From assembly GCF_000143415.4 (NCBI RefSeq), contig NW_003314288.1, positions 1,612,056 to 1,676,055 of the forward strand: DNA of 64,000 nt, read 5' to 3'. The notes under the pieces were generated by a model that saw nothing but the letters and a program-made list of their open reading frames with translations, made no database searches and was not told the DNA's origin. The first letter of the stretch is position 1; each line of letters begins with the position of its first letter. Below, piece by piece: positions 46,452 to 57,899 of this stretch. The position numbers were made by a program, and so were the translations under genes. Origin of the DNA: Selaginella moellendorffii (Eukaryota > Plantae > Lycopodiophyta).

Positions 46452-47837
46452 CTACGAGTAAAGACCAGAGCAAATTTTGATTCTCCGAGCAAGAAAACTT
46501 CGTTTGCGATCCCAAGCTTTCTTTCCACAAGAAATATAAGTCTCAACTTTGAATATATTGTTTAGCAGCTCACTGCCAACCAAGTTTCCAATCTTACAAG
46601 TGAGTGGCACCGAAACACCACGCAAAGGATTCTTCAGTGCGAAAACAGCAAAGTTGTCACCGCTGCTCACTTCCAACTGGTAAACCTCGTCGAAAACCTC
46701 ACCAATGCGTTTCAACAGCCCACGGTGTGATTCTTCCCCCAGGGGCATCACATTCATCGCCAGCATCCCTCCGGAATCCAGCGCCGATCGAGCGTCGCGC
46801 AGGAACTCCCCCTCCGCGAATTCCTCCGGGGGGCAGCTCCTCGATGATCCGTCGCTCACGTCCACCACGATCGCGTGGAAGAAATGCTCCGCCACCTTTT
46901 CCTTCTCGGCACCACCACCGTCCTCGAGCCGCGATCTAGCGATGTTCCTCACAGTCTCCACGCCGTCTTCCACATGGACGCGGAGATTCTCGGCGGGGAC
47001 GAGACCAAAGCGCCGCCTGGCAACGTCCACCACCACCTCGTCCACGTCCACCGCCACCACCTCCATCGCCGCCACCGCCGCGTCCATCCGGGAGCTCAAG
47101 AACATCGGCAGAGCTCCGCCTCCAATCCCCACGCACAGCACCCCCGCGGGATCTCCCGCCGCCGAGCACGACTCAAGGCAGCGGCTGATCAAGCTGAAGC
47201 CAGCCACGAGCGGGGCCAAGTACGCGTGAACCAGCACCCCGTGATCGATCGAACAGGCCGAGGGAGAGTCCGTTCGATCGAGACCGAGATCAAGATCGCC
47301 ACCCAGCAGCGGCACCTCGGTCTGTATGAGATTTGGAAGGCTCTTGAAGCGGAGCCTCCTCCGGAGATGGCCACCCTCGAGGCGGACGTCCTCGACGAGC
47401 ATCATGCCTGTTTTGCGAGAGTAAGCTCGCTCTAGAACCCGAGACCATACCACATTGTCCTGGTAGCACGCGAATGGAACCTCTTGTATCTCGTCTAGCC
47501 CCGCCTTGTTCCTCACAAGCTGGAGGAGAAACGGGCCTAGGAATTTCTTGAGCTCCTCGTCTTCGTCCTCTTCTTCGTCAAGCTCCCATTCATCCAGAGC
47601 TGGAGCTTGTTCTTCGGATCCAAGCCCTCCCCTGGAGAGGAGAATAAGCGTCGCAACGCCAGATGATGCCAGTAGCTGCTCCTGCCCTGCTTTTGACGAA
47701 AAGATCCAGTCTAGCTCCCGCCCCTGCGGCACCAGCATTGCAGCGCACTGGGGCTTGGCCGGAGGATCAGCATCAAGCACCACCACTCCAATCTTGCGAC
47801 TGGCCACTTCCCATTCCAAGCGCTCCCGCCCTAACAT
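46452..47837 (-). CDS. SAM-dependent methyltransferase, METTL13 C-terminal/spermidine-synthase-like
   Basis: AMLVPQGRELDWIFS, RRRLRFKSLPNLIQTE, VLCVGIGGGALP, VAVDVDEVVVDVARRRFGL, IVVDV..CPPEEF, GGMLAMNV. Confidence 0.88.
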   Translation of the reverse strand: MLGRERLEWEVASRKIGVVVLDADPPAKPQCAAMLVPQGRELDWIFSSKAGQEQLLASSGVATLILLSRGGLGSEEQAPALDEWELDEEEDEDEELKKFLGPFLLQLVRNKAGLDEIQEVPFACYQDNVVWSRVLERAYSRKTGMMLVEDVRLEGGHLRRRLRFKSLPNLIQTEVPLLGGDLDLGLDRTDSPSACSIDHGVLVHAYLAPLVAGFSLISRCLESCSAAGDPAGVLCVGIGGGALPMFLSSRMDAAVAAMEVVAVDVDEVVVDVARRRFGLVPAENLRVHVEDGVETVRNIARSRLEDGGGAEKEKVAEHFFHAIVVDVSDGSSRSCPPEEFAEGEFLRDARSALDSGGMLAMNVMPLGEESHRGLLKRIGEVFDEVYQLEVSSGDNFAVFALKNPLRGVSVPLTCKIGNLVGSELLNNIFKVETYISCGKKAWDRKRSFLARRIKICSGLYS

Positions 47838-49217
47838 GCTATGAACCCTAATGGTGGACTTTAATTTAAAAGGTTATTAATATATTTAATGAGTATCATA
47901 AGCTCTAGTTTGAAGCATTAGCAAGACACATGGTAGTGTTTTATCATGGCAGCTCTAAAGAAAGCAAAATCCTCATTCAAAATACATGAGAGCACTTCTC
48001 GTAAAATCTTCTTGTATGTAGATATAGTTTGACTTTTTATCCAGTTTTGTAAGATTACTCAGTGGGAATATTAGGACTGTTGCTATTGTGAAAGATCCAA
48101 ACTATCTAATTTGTAAGGCATTGCTTCCAGCTGAAACAGAAAACTTTATATTGTCCAATCAAATATACACAGACATGTTACAATTCTTTAAGGTCCAACT
48201 ATTAAGAATCTCAACGAAGAATACCAATGAATGCTCTCTCTTGTAGCTATTTCGTGCTGTGAGTTGAGACTGGACCCGCCCAAAGGAGAGATTGAATTTA
48301 GTTGCTGCATCATCTGGCTAGGACAGAATCGCTCGTGAGAATCTGCCCAGGCCCTCCCCGAAACTTCACATTTCCCCGCCTTTTTGCCTAGCAGCTTCAC
48401 CAATGACCCCATCTCCTGTGGGATTCTACGCGCGTCTTCGAGTGGCCAAGAGATTTACGCGGAAAAGATATGAATCGCCAAGAGCAACACAGGGAGAGAT
48501 CACAAAAGTGTAATGCGCGCGAAGCGATCACGCGCTTTGACGTGATTATCCCGTGGAATATTCCCATCCCGTTGCCTACGGTGGCCAGTCCAAGTCAAGC
48601 CATGGGTTTCCTAGCAACAAGCTAGAAACTCACTTCAGGGCTTTGACCAGTCAGGGGCCCTCCGATCGGCAGAGATCCAACGAACACGGCCAGCACACGT
48701 GGACGTGGGCGCAGCTGCATGCATGGATGGCATGCCAGCCATTGGATCCCACAACGACGTCCGTCGGATTGACACCCGACGACCGAGATCATTCTGACCG
48801 GGTTAACGCGAATCTTACCCGTCGGAGGGGTCGGACGGTGCAGATCCCCTCTCGTGGGAGAGCCGTCGGATTCCCCGCTGTGGGCGGCCAGGATGTATTT
48901 CGCGCGTTGTATTTAACCTGTTAATGGGGCGATGGCGAAGGCTGCTCGTGCACCCGCGCATTCATTCTTGGTCCATGTGGATTGGGTCTGCCGAAACGCT
49001 CTCTCTCTCACCTCCAGACATGGCATTGCTTTGTTCTTCCTGTCACTAGATTGAAAGAAGAAGACCCCTCTCTCTTTGTTTGACCACGTGAATCGGAAGC
49101 GAGAGAGCGAGCGAGGAATTGGTCCCGTGAAGATCACAAGAGAGCATTCCAATCCCCAATAATTCCATTCGTTTCGCCCTCTTTGCTTTTCGATCGGAGA
49201 TCGCGCGCGCGCCAGTG

Positions 49218-50580
49218 ATGATGGATGAGGAATCGGAGAACAGCAGCCGATCGTCGCTGCCGTGGCCGGACATGAGCGATTTCGTGATGCGCAAGGGGAA
49301 TCCAAGGCCACCGCTCACGCCCATCACCTCATTGGTCTCCAGCTTCCTTTGCTCGCCCACGGAAGACCACCATCGCCGCTCGGAGAATAGGGCTCCTCCG
49401 CCTCCTTCCATGTCTTCCTCTCCTTCTTCTTCTTCCTCCATAGCTTCTTCCTCCCAACCAGGGCGCTTGCTCTCATCGGCTCCTTCTTCCTCCTCTTCAT
49501 CGTCGTCCTCATCCTTCGCGGAGCGCCTGGCAGCCAGGAACAATGCCGCCAGCGGAGACAATCCAAATGGGTGCCGATCAATCGATCCAATTTCCACCCC
49601 GGCGCGCTCCAACTGCTTCACCATCCCCGCCGGGATCGGCATCAGCCCCTCGAGCTTGCTGCTCGACTCGCCAGTCCTCTTCAGCTCCGCCAAGCTCCAG
49701 GTCTGTAGACTCACTCTCCCATCAAATTCTTCTTCTAGTTCCCCTTTCCAGTCTTTGGTTCTTGGAGTCGTTTGGAGAGCGCAACTATACAAGCTTTGTC
49801 CACTCTCTCCAGTGTTCTTCGTTTTGTTTTCTCTGTTTTCTTTTTTCTTCCGGATGCGTCCAGCCGAGCCGTCTACCGGATTTTCTCATGGGTCTCTAGT
49901 TTTAGCGAGCGTTCGTTAGATCGTGCACGAGGAACTTTGACCCGGTCTTCGGTCTCGCTTTCATGGTTTTGCTCGAGAGCATCTTTTGACTGACTGACTG
50001 ACTGACTGGCTTGGCTGGCTGGCTGGCTATGGATGGAGCCAGAGAGGAAGAGAGCTGCTAAAGGAGATCACACTGTCTCACTCATAAATCTCTCCCTCGA
50101 TCGCTTTCTCCCTTTCTCTTTCCGGCGGGCAACTTAATTGATCTTTGGGCTCGATTTTTTCAGGCATCGTCGCCCACAACCGGGACACTCGTTTCCGCAT
50201 CGCAGGAAACTAAGATGGATCCATCCATGAACTCAAACTCCAACTCCAGCAACAGTAACTTTGTGTTCAAGCCATTTGCGCAGCAGCAGCAACCTCCGTA
50301 TTTGGTAAGAGTTCCAGTCAAACAAGTATTCTGTCCTCTGACTTGGCTGGGACTTTCACCAGGACTTTGCGCAGTTCCCGATCCAAATGTCCCACCAGCA
50401 CCACCTGGCGATCAAGCAGGAGAGCCAACTCCGCGACTCGACCGCTTTCATGGATCACCACCCGGACCAAAACTCAAACTCCCTCACGCGTTTGATGGCC
50501 GAGGGCTTCGATCACAGCGAGCAAGCCTTTGCAAGCTTCAAAGAGCCACAGCATCACCATCAGCAGCTTGAACACATCAC

Positions 50581-50620
<40 letters not shown>

Positions 50621-52073
50621 CATCAGCCACTGCAGCAACAACAACAGCAGCAGCAGCAGCAGCAGCAAGAGAACTTTCCAGCTTTTGTGGAGCGGCCATC
50701 CGAGGATGGATTCAACTGGAGAAAGTATGGGCAGAAGCAAGTCAAGGGGAGCGAGTTCCCCCGAAGCTACTACAAGTGTACGCACCCGAGCTGCCCCGTG
50801 AAGAAGAAGGTGGAGAGATCCTACGACGGCCAAGTCACGGAGATTGTCTACAAAGGCGAGCACTGCCACGCCAAGCCGCAGCTCAGCCGCCGCTCCGCCT
50901 GCTCGATCTACAATAACAGCGTGAGCGCGGTGAGCTCCACCGCCGGCGCTGCCGTGATCCCCGACGACGCCGCTGGGGAGGATCAGCCGAGGAGCGGCGC
51001 CACCCCGCCGCCGCCGGTCGCTGCTGGCTACGAGCACTTGTCTCCATGCTCCAGCTTGGACGACGAGAAGTTTGGCGAGGATGTTTACGACGACGAGGAG
51101 AGCGAGTCCAAGAAAAGGTTGGTTTTCCGCGGAAACTTGTTCGTCAGCTAACTTGGTTTTCTTGTTTCTGTCAGGAGAATGGATGGATCGAACCAGGTGA
51201 CGGCCATCCAGAGAACAATCCGCGAGCCTCGAGTTGTAGTCCAGACGCTGAGCGAGATCGACATTCTCGATGATGGTTACCGCTGGAGAAAGTATGGGCA
51301 GAAAGTCGTCAAAGGCAATCCACATCCACGGTAGTGTTTTTTACTTCTTGAGAACCGCGTGACCCTGTTCCGGATCAATCCAAAGAGCTGACTGGTTCCT
51401 TGTCTTTTTTATTTTGTTTTGGAACAGGAGCTACTACAAGTGCTCTAGCAGCGGCTGCGCCGTGCGCAAGCACGTCGAACGCGCCTCCAACGATCCAAAG
51501 TCTGTTATCACAACTTACGAAGGCAAGCACAACCACGATGTTCCAGCTCCAAAGCACGCCGCCGCTGCCAATAACATCTCCGCTAACAACAGCACCACCA
51601 TCACCAACAACAATGGCAGCAACGATCAAACAAGCTTGCTCCAAACTTCGCCATCTCTCCCTCACTTGGGGATGAGATCATCCTCCACTTTACTCCCGCC
51701 GCTACCTCTGGATCAACAAAACCACCACCACCACCACCAACACTCGCAGCAACAGGCGATGAACCAGCACTTCCACCAGTTTAACGCCTCGTTTGGGAGC
51801 CTGGGCTCGCCATCGTCGTGCGTGACGAACATGTTCTCGATGAACCGGGAGCTACCACCGGCGGCTCCGTCGTTTAACTTCGGCAGTAGCGCTAGCTCTA
51901 GTGAAAACTTCGGCTCGGGGTTTTACCACACAAGCCCGCCCCAAGATCTAAGCAGCATGGTCATGTCGAGACCGCCAAAGCTGGAGCAGCAAGAACCCGA
52001 TCTCGACTTGGTTCACCAGCCGTTCCAGGGATTCCTAGCTTCGCCTGGTTCCATTCCATATCTACAAGTCTAG
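49218..52073 (+). CDS. Group I WRKY transcription factor (two WRKY domains)
   Basis: Two WRKYGQK motifs with C2H2 fingers. N-terminal [22 protein letters not shown] and SPTTG motifs, poly-Gln. Introns at ~49701-50163, 50305-50373, 51118-51174, 51331-51428. Confidence 0.95.
49986..50028 (+). promoter_or_regulatory. Intronic T(TGAC)5 W-box-core array followed by (TGGC)n
   Basis: ttttgactgactgactgactgactggcttggctggctggctggct in WRKY intron 1. Confidence 0.6.
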
Positions 52074-53994
52074 TATACGAAAAAAAAAGAGAGAATCGTC
52101 AGAACTATCTATGTACATACAAAAGGTAAAAAACGAAAAACAATAAGAAAGCTCGAAACTCTGCATGGCACTTAAATGCGTAAAAGATGGTACCACTTTG
52201 TTCATCAATGCAGATTCCCATCTCTCTTGTTTTTTTTTTTTCGTTTCCTGTAGTGTTGGTGTTGTTGGTACCTGGCCTGGGAGTTTGTGGTTTGGACTCC
52301 CTGGTCAAAGTTCTATCTCTGGAACATTAGCGGCATTTCTTCTAGTTCCATGGAAGGATCGAACGGTCAGTCAACCAGGCCAAAGAGGATCAAACACCAT
52401 TAACTCGCCCTGATAAGCAAAGCCGCAATCCAAGGATCTTCCAAACTCGCTAGTGCGTGCTACAGACAACGAGAAGGCTGACACGAAAATTTGGAGAAAA
52501 GAGTCAAAGAAAAGAACGAATTGAAGCAAGCAAAAAGAGGTCTGAGAAAAGGGAAAGAAATTCACTAGTGCTAGCCACTACTGGCAAGCGATAAGAGAAT
52601 ATATCCCCGCCTCCACGGGCCTGCGGTACGGGCGCCCTGTACGTAACGAGAAAGATCAAAATTTTCCTCGTTTTGTAGTAGCAGTGTTGTTGACCCCGGG
52701 AAGAAAAAAGTTGAACTTAAGACCCCACCTTCCAAATCCCAAAGGCGCCTCCAATCCAGTCTAGCAATCCACTCACTTCTTAAAACAGATTAGAGCAAAG
52801 CAGGAACTCTTCACAAAAATGAATGAATGACAATGGAAAGAAAAAACGATGGAAAAAGTTTATAGTTGGGTTTCAGGTACATGTTTGACTGCCTCTTTCT
52901 GGCTTGCTGGTTTCAGTCAAAGCTGGACATGTGTCTTTAACCCTTGAAACTTTGTGCAAAGACAATTGCCACCTTTTTCAATTCTTGTAAGTTAAGTCCT
53001 GACTGATCCTACAGAACATTCTTCCAGCCGGTCAACGAAAGTCCTCCCGGTCAAACTAATCCTTTGTAAGTACTTAGCCGAAAAGCAAAAGCAAAAGCAA
53101 GCAAGCCACTTCGACTTCCATGCACCCCTTCTCTTTTTTTTCGTTGTTGTTTCTTCCAAATGATTGTGACAGGGCACTACGCACGTAAGCATAGCGCTTG
53201 GTGATGTAGCGGCGGAGGGACAGTCTTCGCATAGCCTATGATCATCATTTTCTTTTGATTCCTCCGACTTCCAAGCCATGACCGCTGACACTTCTCGCGG
53301 CAAACAAGAGCTGTAGAACAAGTGCTAAAGGTCGTAAGTAAGCGGGAGGGGATTCGTGAGAATCCACTCCCCTAAAGCAGCAAAATCCTTTTGTACCGTT
53401 TTGACGATCGTTCCCGATTCGAGCTCGCCTTGTCGGGGACTGCCTGTACAAGAAAAATAAAAGATGCTCCACAATACCGACCTTGACAGGCCCTGTAGCT
53501 CCAACAGCAGGAAAATTCCCTTCGCGTCGCTGCGATTTACTGCCAACAAGCACGAATCAAGTCAGTCAAGGCAAGAGAAAAAGAAGAAAAACGAACAAAG
53601 GAGACACTCACGCACGATGATGACATTGGTATCGTCCTCTCCGGTACGTGCATGCCCGGCCTACAGCTGCAAAAACAAACCATCAAGCAAACATCTTAAC
53701 TTCTTGGTCAGCCAAGGACAAGCACGGACAAGCTAGACACCCGAAAGATAAGAATGATAAGCCTTGTCTCCTTCCTTCCCAGACAAACTTTCACGCCCTC
53801 GCTATCCTATCGGCCTGTTTTTCGAGTCCCCCGTTGATACTGATGCGTGCGGTCTCTCTATTCTCTGTTCTTCTAATTTGAGTAGCAATCTAGCCTCTGA
53901 ATCCATTGTACAGATACCAGCCTAAAAGCGTTCCCGTCCGTCCCCCATGTACAGCAGCAGCACCACCAGTCCTCCAAAAACCTTTTTTTCCTGT

Positions 53995-54611
53995 TCAGCA
54001 GCTTCCACCGCTCGCCGGCTCTATGGAGCTCAACAGGCCGTTGGCTCTGAGCTGCGTGCAGTGCTCTTCCGCGTCCTCCTGGGAGCAAACTATGACTACC
54101 GACAGCCCGTTGTGGTGCGCTTCTTGCATTATGTTCACCGCGTTGTCCAGAGTCATCCCCGGGATCACCTTCATCAGCACCTGGACGACGTACTCCCGCC
54201 GGTTAAAGTTGTCGTTGTGGAGAATGACCCGGTAGGGAGGAGCCATCTTCTTCTTCTTCCTGGAGTTCGAAAGCAGTAAGGTCACTCACGTCCGGCTCAA
54301 AGTTCGTGAAAACTTTCCACTTACCGGAGGTCGAACTCTGATTCACGGCCTGGGGTCGGGGCCGTTTCAATCGCAGGCTTGTCGAGAACGCCACCACCGA
54401 GGCCACCGGGTAAGGCTGCACGGACTGCATGGCTCGCAATTATCCTCGTGAAGCATTTGTGACACTTATCTGCCTCTGGTTCATGGAAAACAGATGAGCG
54501 GTCGAGGAGCAACGAGGAAATAGCAAACTTACCAGCAAAGATTGTGTTGAATCTCGATACTTGTGAAGTAGAGGGCCACAAATGCGCTACCTGAGTAAGA
54601 GTACAAGCCAT
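53995..54611 (-). CDS. CLPS1: Chloroplast ClpS1 N-degron adaptor (3 coding exons)
   Basis: GVLDKP..TPGRESEFDLR|KKKKMAPPYRVILHNDNFNRREYVVQVLMKVIPGMTLDNAVNIMQEAH. Confidence 0.95.
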
Positions 54612-55082
54612 AGTTCTCTGCTCAAAAAACAAAGAAAACAAAAAAAACACAAACAAATCTTCAGTCAGTGACTCTTGCTCAAACAATCGAACACTGTTCC
54701 TAAGCTGCTGAGACCTAATCTGTGATGGAATGCGTCGTTTCAGCTCGGCTCGCTAGAGAGCATAGCTCCAAACATGTTCCAAAGCAGCTCTAAGAGCTTA
54801 AACCAGACTACCACACACACACTTTACCTGGAGCTATGGCGCAGCAGCGCCGTTGTCCCAGACACCACAAAATAATGTCACGACGTCAAAATGGCTGGAA
54901 TTGAACCACGGACCGCTTGACACTGAAGAAAAAAGAAAAAAAAAACAACAATTTTCAGTTGCAAAATTTTGTCTTACTTCGAGAGGACGACCGAAAACCT
55001 GCACAATTTCGGTATATAAGTCCTCGAGCAACAAAAAAAAAAAAAAAAAAAAAACAAGCCGAAGAACTGCATCGAAAAACCG

Positions 55083-55898
55083 TCACAGGAGACTTGTGTT
55101 GGAGTGTGGAGCGTGCTCGGTTGATGGACCAGCGCCCTCTGGCTTGAGCATTTTCACCACTCCCGGAGACCCACGAGCGCCACCACCTTCCATGGCGTCC
55201 ACCTCCGAATCCACCTCCTCGAGCTCCCTGTGAGGAAAGTGCTGTGGCTCCGGGCCTCCCAGAGCACTCGGCTGCTGCCGATTCCTCCTCCTCGTCCTGG
55301 CCTTTCGGTTCTGGAACCAGTTGTAAACGTTGGACTCGTTCACCGGCCCAAGCTGGCTGAGCTCCGCCGTGATCTCTCGCACTCGCTGCTTGTGTGGCGT
55401 CCCCATTCCAACGTCGTAGAGGCTCTCGAGGAGCTTGACCTGGGCCTGGCTGGGCGCCCACCTCTGGCGAGTGGTGGCTTTCACGGGCGGCGGCGGCGGC
55501 AGCGGCGGCGGTGGTAGCGGCGATGGCGGCGGTGGTCTAGAGCTAGAAGCTCCTGTCCATCATATAAACTTTGTCCTTAGTTCTCTTTCGTTCTAAGCTA
55601 AGCGAAAAGGAAAAAAAAATGGTACCTATAAGACCATACCGTTGGGATTCGCCATTGACGCCTTGTGCATCTCCACCAGCTGCTGGCAGATCGTGGCGTA
55701 GACGGCGATCTGGCGCCGCAATTCGTCCAGCTGCTGGGCGCTCATCACGATCCCAAAATCCGGATGGTATTCCGGCCGATCCAGCGCCGAGCGGAGGAGG
55801 ATTTCATCCGCATTTGGCGGCTCGCGCTTCACCGGGGATTTCTCCTCCGCCTTGGCTCGCAGCCTCTTACTGTACCTGGGATTCTCCTGTCGATCCAT
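55083..55898 (-). CDS. WOX13: WUSCHEL-related homeobox, ancient/WOX13 clade
   Basis: Exon 1 VMSAQQLDELRRQIAVYATICQQLVEMHK. Homeodomain RQRWAPS..NVYNWFQNRKAR and EVDSEVD motif. Intron ~55553-55639. Confidence 0.92.
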
Positions 55899-56269
55899 CG
55901 ATCGGCGTAACCCTATTTCCTGCCGCGGCTTGGTACCGCGCCCTGGGAACGCATCCGGGAAATGAAAGAGATTTCTTGCAAGAACAAGAAAGAGGAGGGG
56001 AAGAGAAAGAGGGATTCTTTAGAGTGCACCGGCTACGAGGACACGGCGAGCGGCGCCGCCAGGGTGCCGCCGCGCGGCAACGCGACGATCCATCCATCCT
56101 TCATTGGCGACGAACAAATCAAAGAACGCAGCGTCATCGTCATCGCGGCGACGTGCCTTCCTTCGCCATTATATTTTATATTCTCGTCAACGCTCGGAAT
56201 CGAACGTTGGATAGGTAGCTGAAATGACTCTTCTTCTTCTTCTTCCTCTTTGATCGATCATCCATTTCG

Positions 56270-57793
56270 ATGCTCCAGGAGTGTGATCGCCGCCAGGAAT
56301 TCCTCCACCGCCTCCGCGACTGCCGATCCCTCTCGCGAGCCCGGCGCTTGCACTCGCGCGTCGCCGCCAGCCGCGACACATTCCTCCTCAACAAGCTCAT
56401 CGAGATGTATGGCAACTGCGGCGATCCGGCTCGCGCGCGCGAGGTGTTTGATCGCGTGGCGCCCAGGGATCGCTACACCTGGGATCTCATGCTCATCGCC
56501 TATGCCCAAGCGCGGCATTTGGAGGCGGCGCGGCGTTTCTTCGACTCGATGCCACAGCACAGCCTCGCCTCCGCCACAGCGATGCTTCGATTGGCGGCGG
56601 AAGAAGGATATTCGCACCATGCCAGCCGGATTTTCTCGGAGATGCCATACTTTGACGTGATTTGCTGCAATGCAATGCTCTATGTGTATGCCCAGTCAGG
56701 GCAATGTGATCTTGCTAAAAGTTTACTCCATGAGATGCCAGAGCATGATCTACTGTCCTGGACCGCTATTTTACTTTCTTACACCCAATCTAATAATTTT
56801 AGCGAAGCAAAGTTTCTTTTTGATACAATGCCATGCCGTGATCTTTTTTGCTGGAACATCATACTTAACGCAAATGCCCGTTTAGGGGAACTGCATGAAA
56901 CTGAGAACCTTTTTAATATCATTCCGCAAAGAGACATGTATACTTTTACGGCAGTAGTAGTAGCGTACGTACGTCACAAGCAGCTTGAGAACGCTAGGCT
57001 TGTTTACAACCAAATGCCATACGTTACTACGGTGACTTGTAACACTATCCTTGGAGGATATGCCGAGAACGGGTATCTGGACGAAGCACGACAATGGTTT
57101 AACTCCATGCAAACTAAATGCTTGACGTCTTATAACATAATGTTAGCAGCGTACGCACAAGATGGATTAGTGTTTGATAGTACGTCTTTTTTCATGGAAA
57201 TGCCTGACCGTGACCAGCGCTCCTGGAATCTGATGCTTCATGCATATGCCCAGCTTGGGCATCTGGGAAAGGCAAAATCTTTGTTCCGCGCAATGCCGGA
57301 GAGCTCCATCGTGTCGTGGAGCTCAATGCTGGCAGCCGTCTCCTCGTCCTTCTCATCCCAAAATGAGCATAAAGATCGATGTGATGGTGCTAACGATCCA
57401 TTCTTTCTCTTTCATTCAGCAAACATGGAGCATCATCCCGACCATGTTTGCTTCCTGTCGATTCTGAGCGTTTGCAGCAAGAAGGGACGAGTGAAGCAGG
57501 GCCGGACCTTCCTGGCATCGATGAGATTTGACTATGGAGTGGAGCCTCGCAGGCACCACTACTCGAGCATGGTTGATCTCTTGGGCCGCTCGGGCTATCT
57601 TGGCGACGCCCTGGAACTGTTGCGTACCATGCCCTTTATTGCCAAGGCTCTGGACTGGGTGTGCTTTGCCGCTGCCTGCAGAAGCCACACAGATCTTAAG
57701 CTTGGAGCTGAGGTGGGTTCCCAAATTCTTGGAAGACAACCCGGCAGTGGCGCGGTGGTATTGCTTGCCAACAGTTGGGTGGAACATTTATAA
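56270..57793 (+). CDS. PPR protein with short S/SS-type repeats and E domain
   Basis: ~31-aa repeats (SWN.ML.AYAQ.G...A..LF..MP), and HYSSMVDLLGRSG..MPF E domain. Confidence 0.9.
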   Translation: MLQECDRRQEFLHRLRDCRSLSRARRLHSRVAASRDTFLLNKLIEMYGNCGDPARAREVFDRVAPRDRYTWDLMLIAYAQARHLEAARRFFDSMPQHSLASATAMLRLAAEEGYSHHASRIFSEMPYFDVICCNAMLYVYAQSGQCDLAKSLLHEMPEHDLLSWTAILLSYTQSNNFSEAKFLFDTMPCRDLFCWNIILNANARLGELHETENLFNIIPQRDMYTFTAVVVAYVRHKQLENARLVYNQMPYVTTVTCNTILGGYAENGYLDEARQWFNSMQTKCLTSYNIMLAAYAQDGLVFDSTSFFMEMPDRDQRSWNLMLHAYAQLGHLGKAKSLFRAMPESSIVSWSSMLAAVSSSFSSQNEHKDRCDGANDPFFLFHSANMEHHPDHVCFLSILSVCSKKGRVKQGRTFLASMRFDYGVEPRRHHYSSMVDLLGRSGYLGDALELLRTMPFIAKALDWVCFAAACRSHTDLKLGAEVGSQILGRQPGSGAVVLLANSWVEHL

Positions 57794-57899
57794 TTAAGTG
57801 TGTCCCTGCTCTTGCATTCCTGATGCCTCTGAGGTGATATCCATGCAGTGTCTTAGTCCAATCATATAGTTCAATGCAATAGAGTATGTATTGTACAAA

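Noticed and set aside
50565-50670. CAG/CAA poly-Gln tracts
   Set aside because: Ordinary low-complexity coding repeats in a transcription factor
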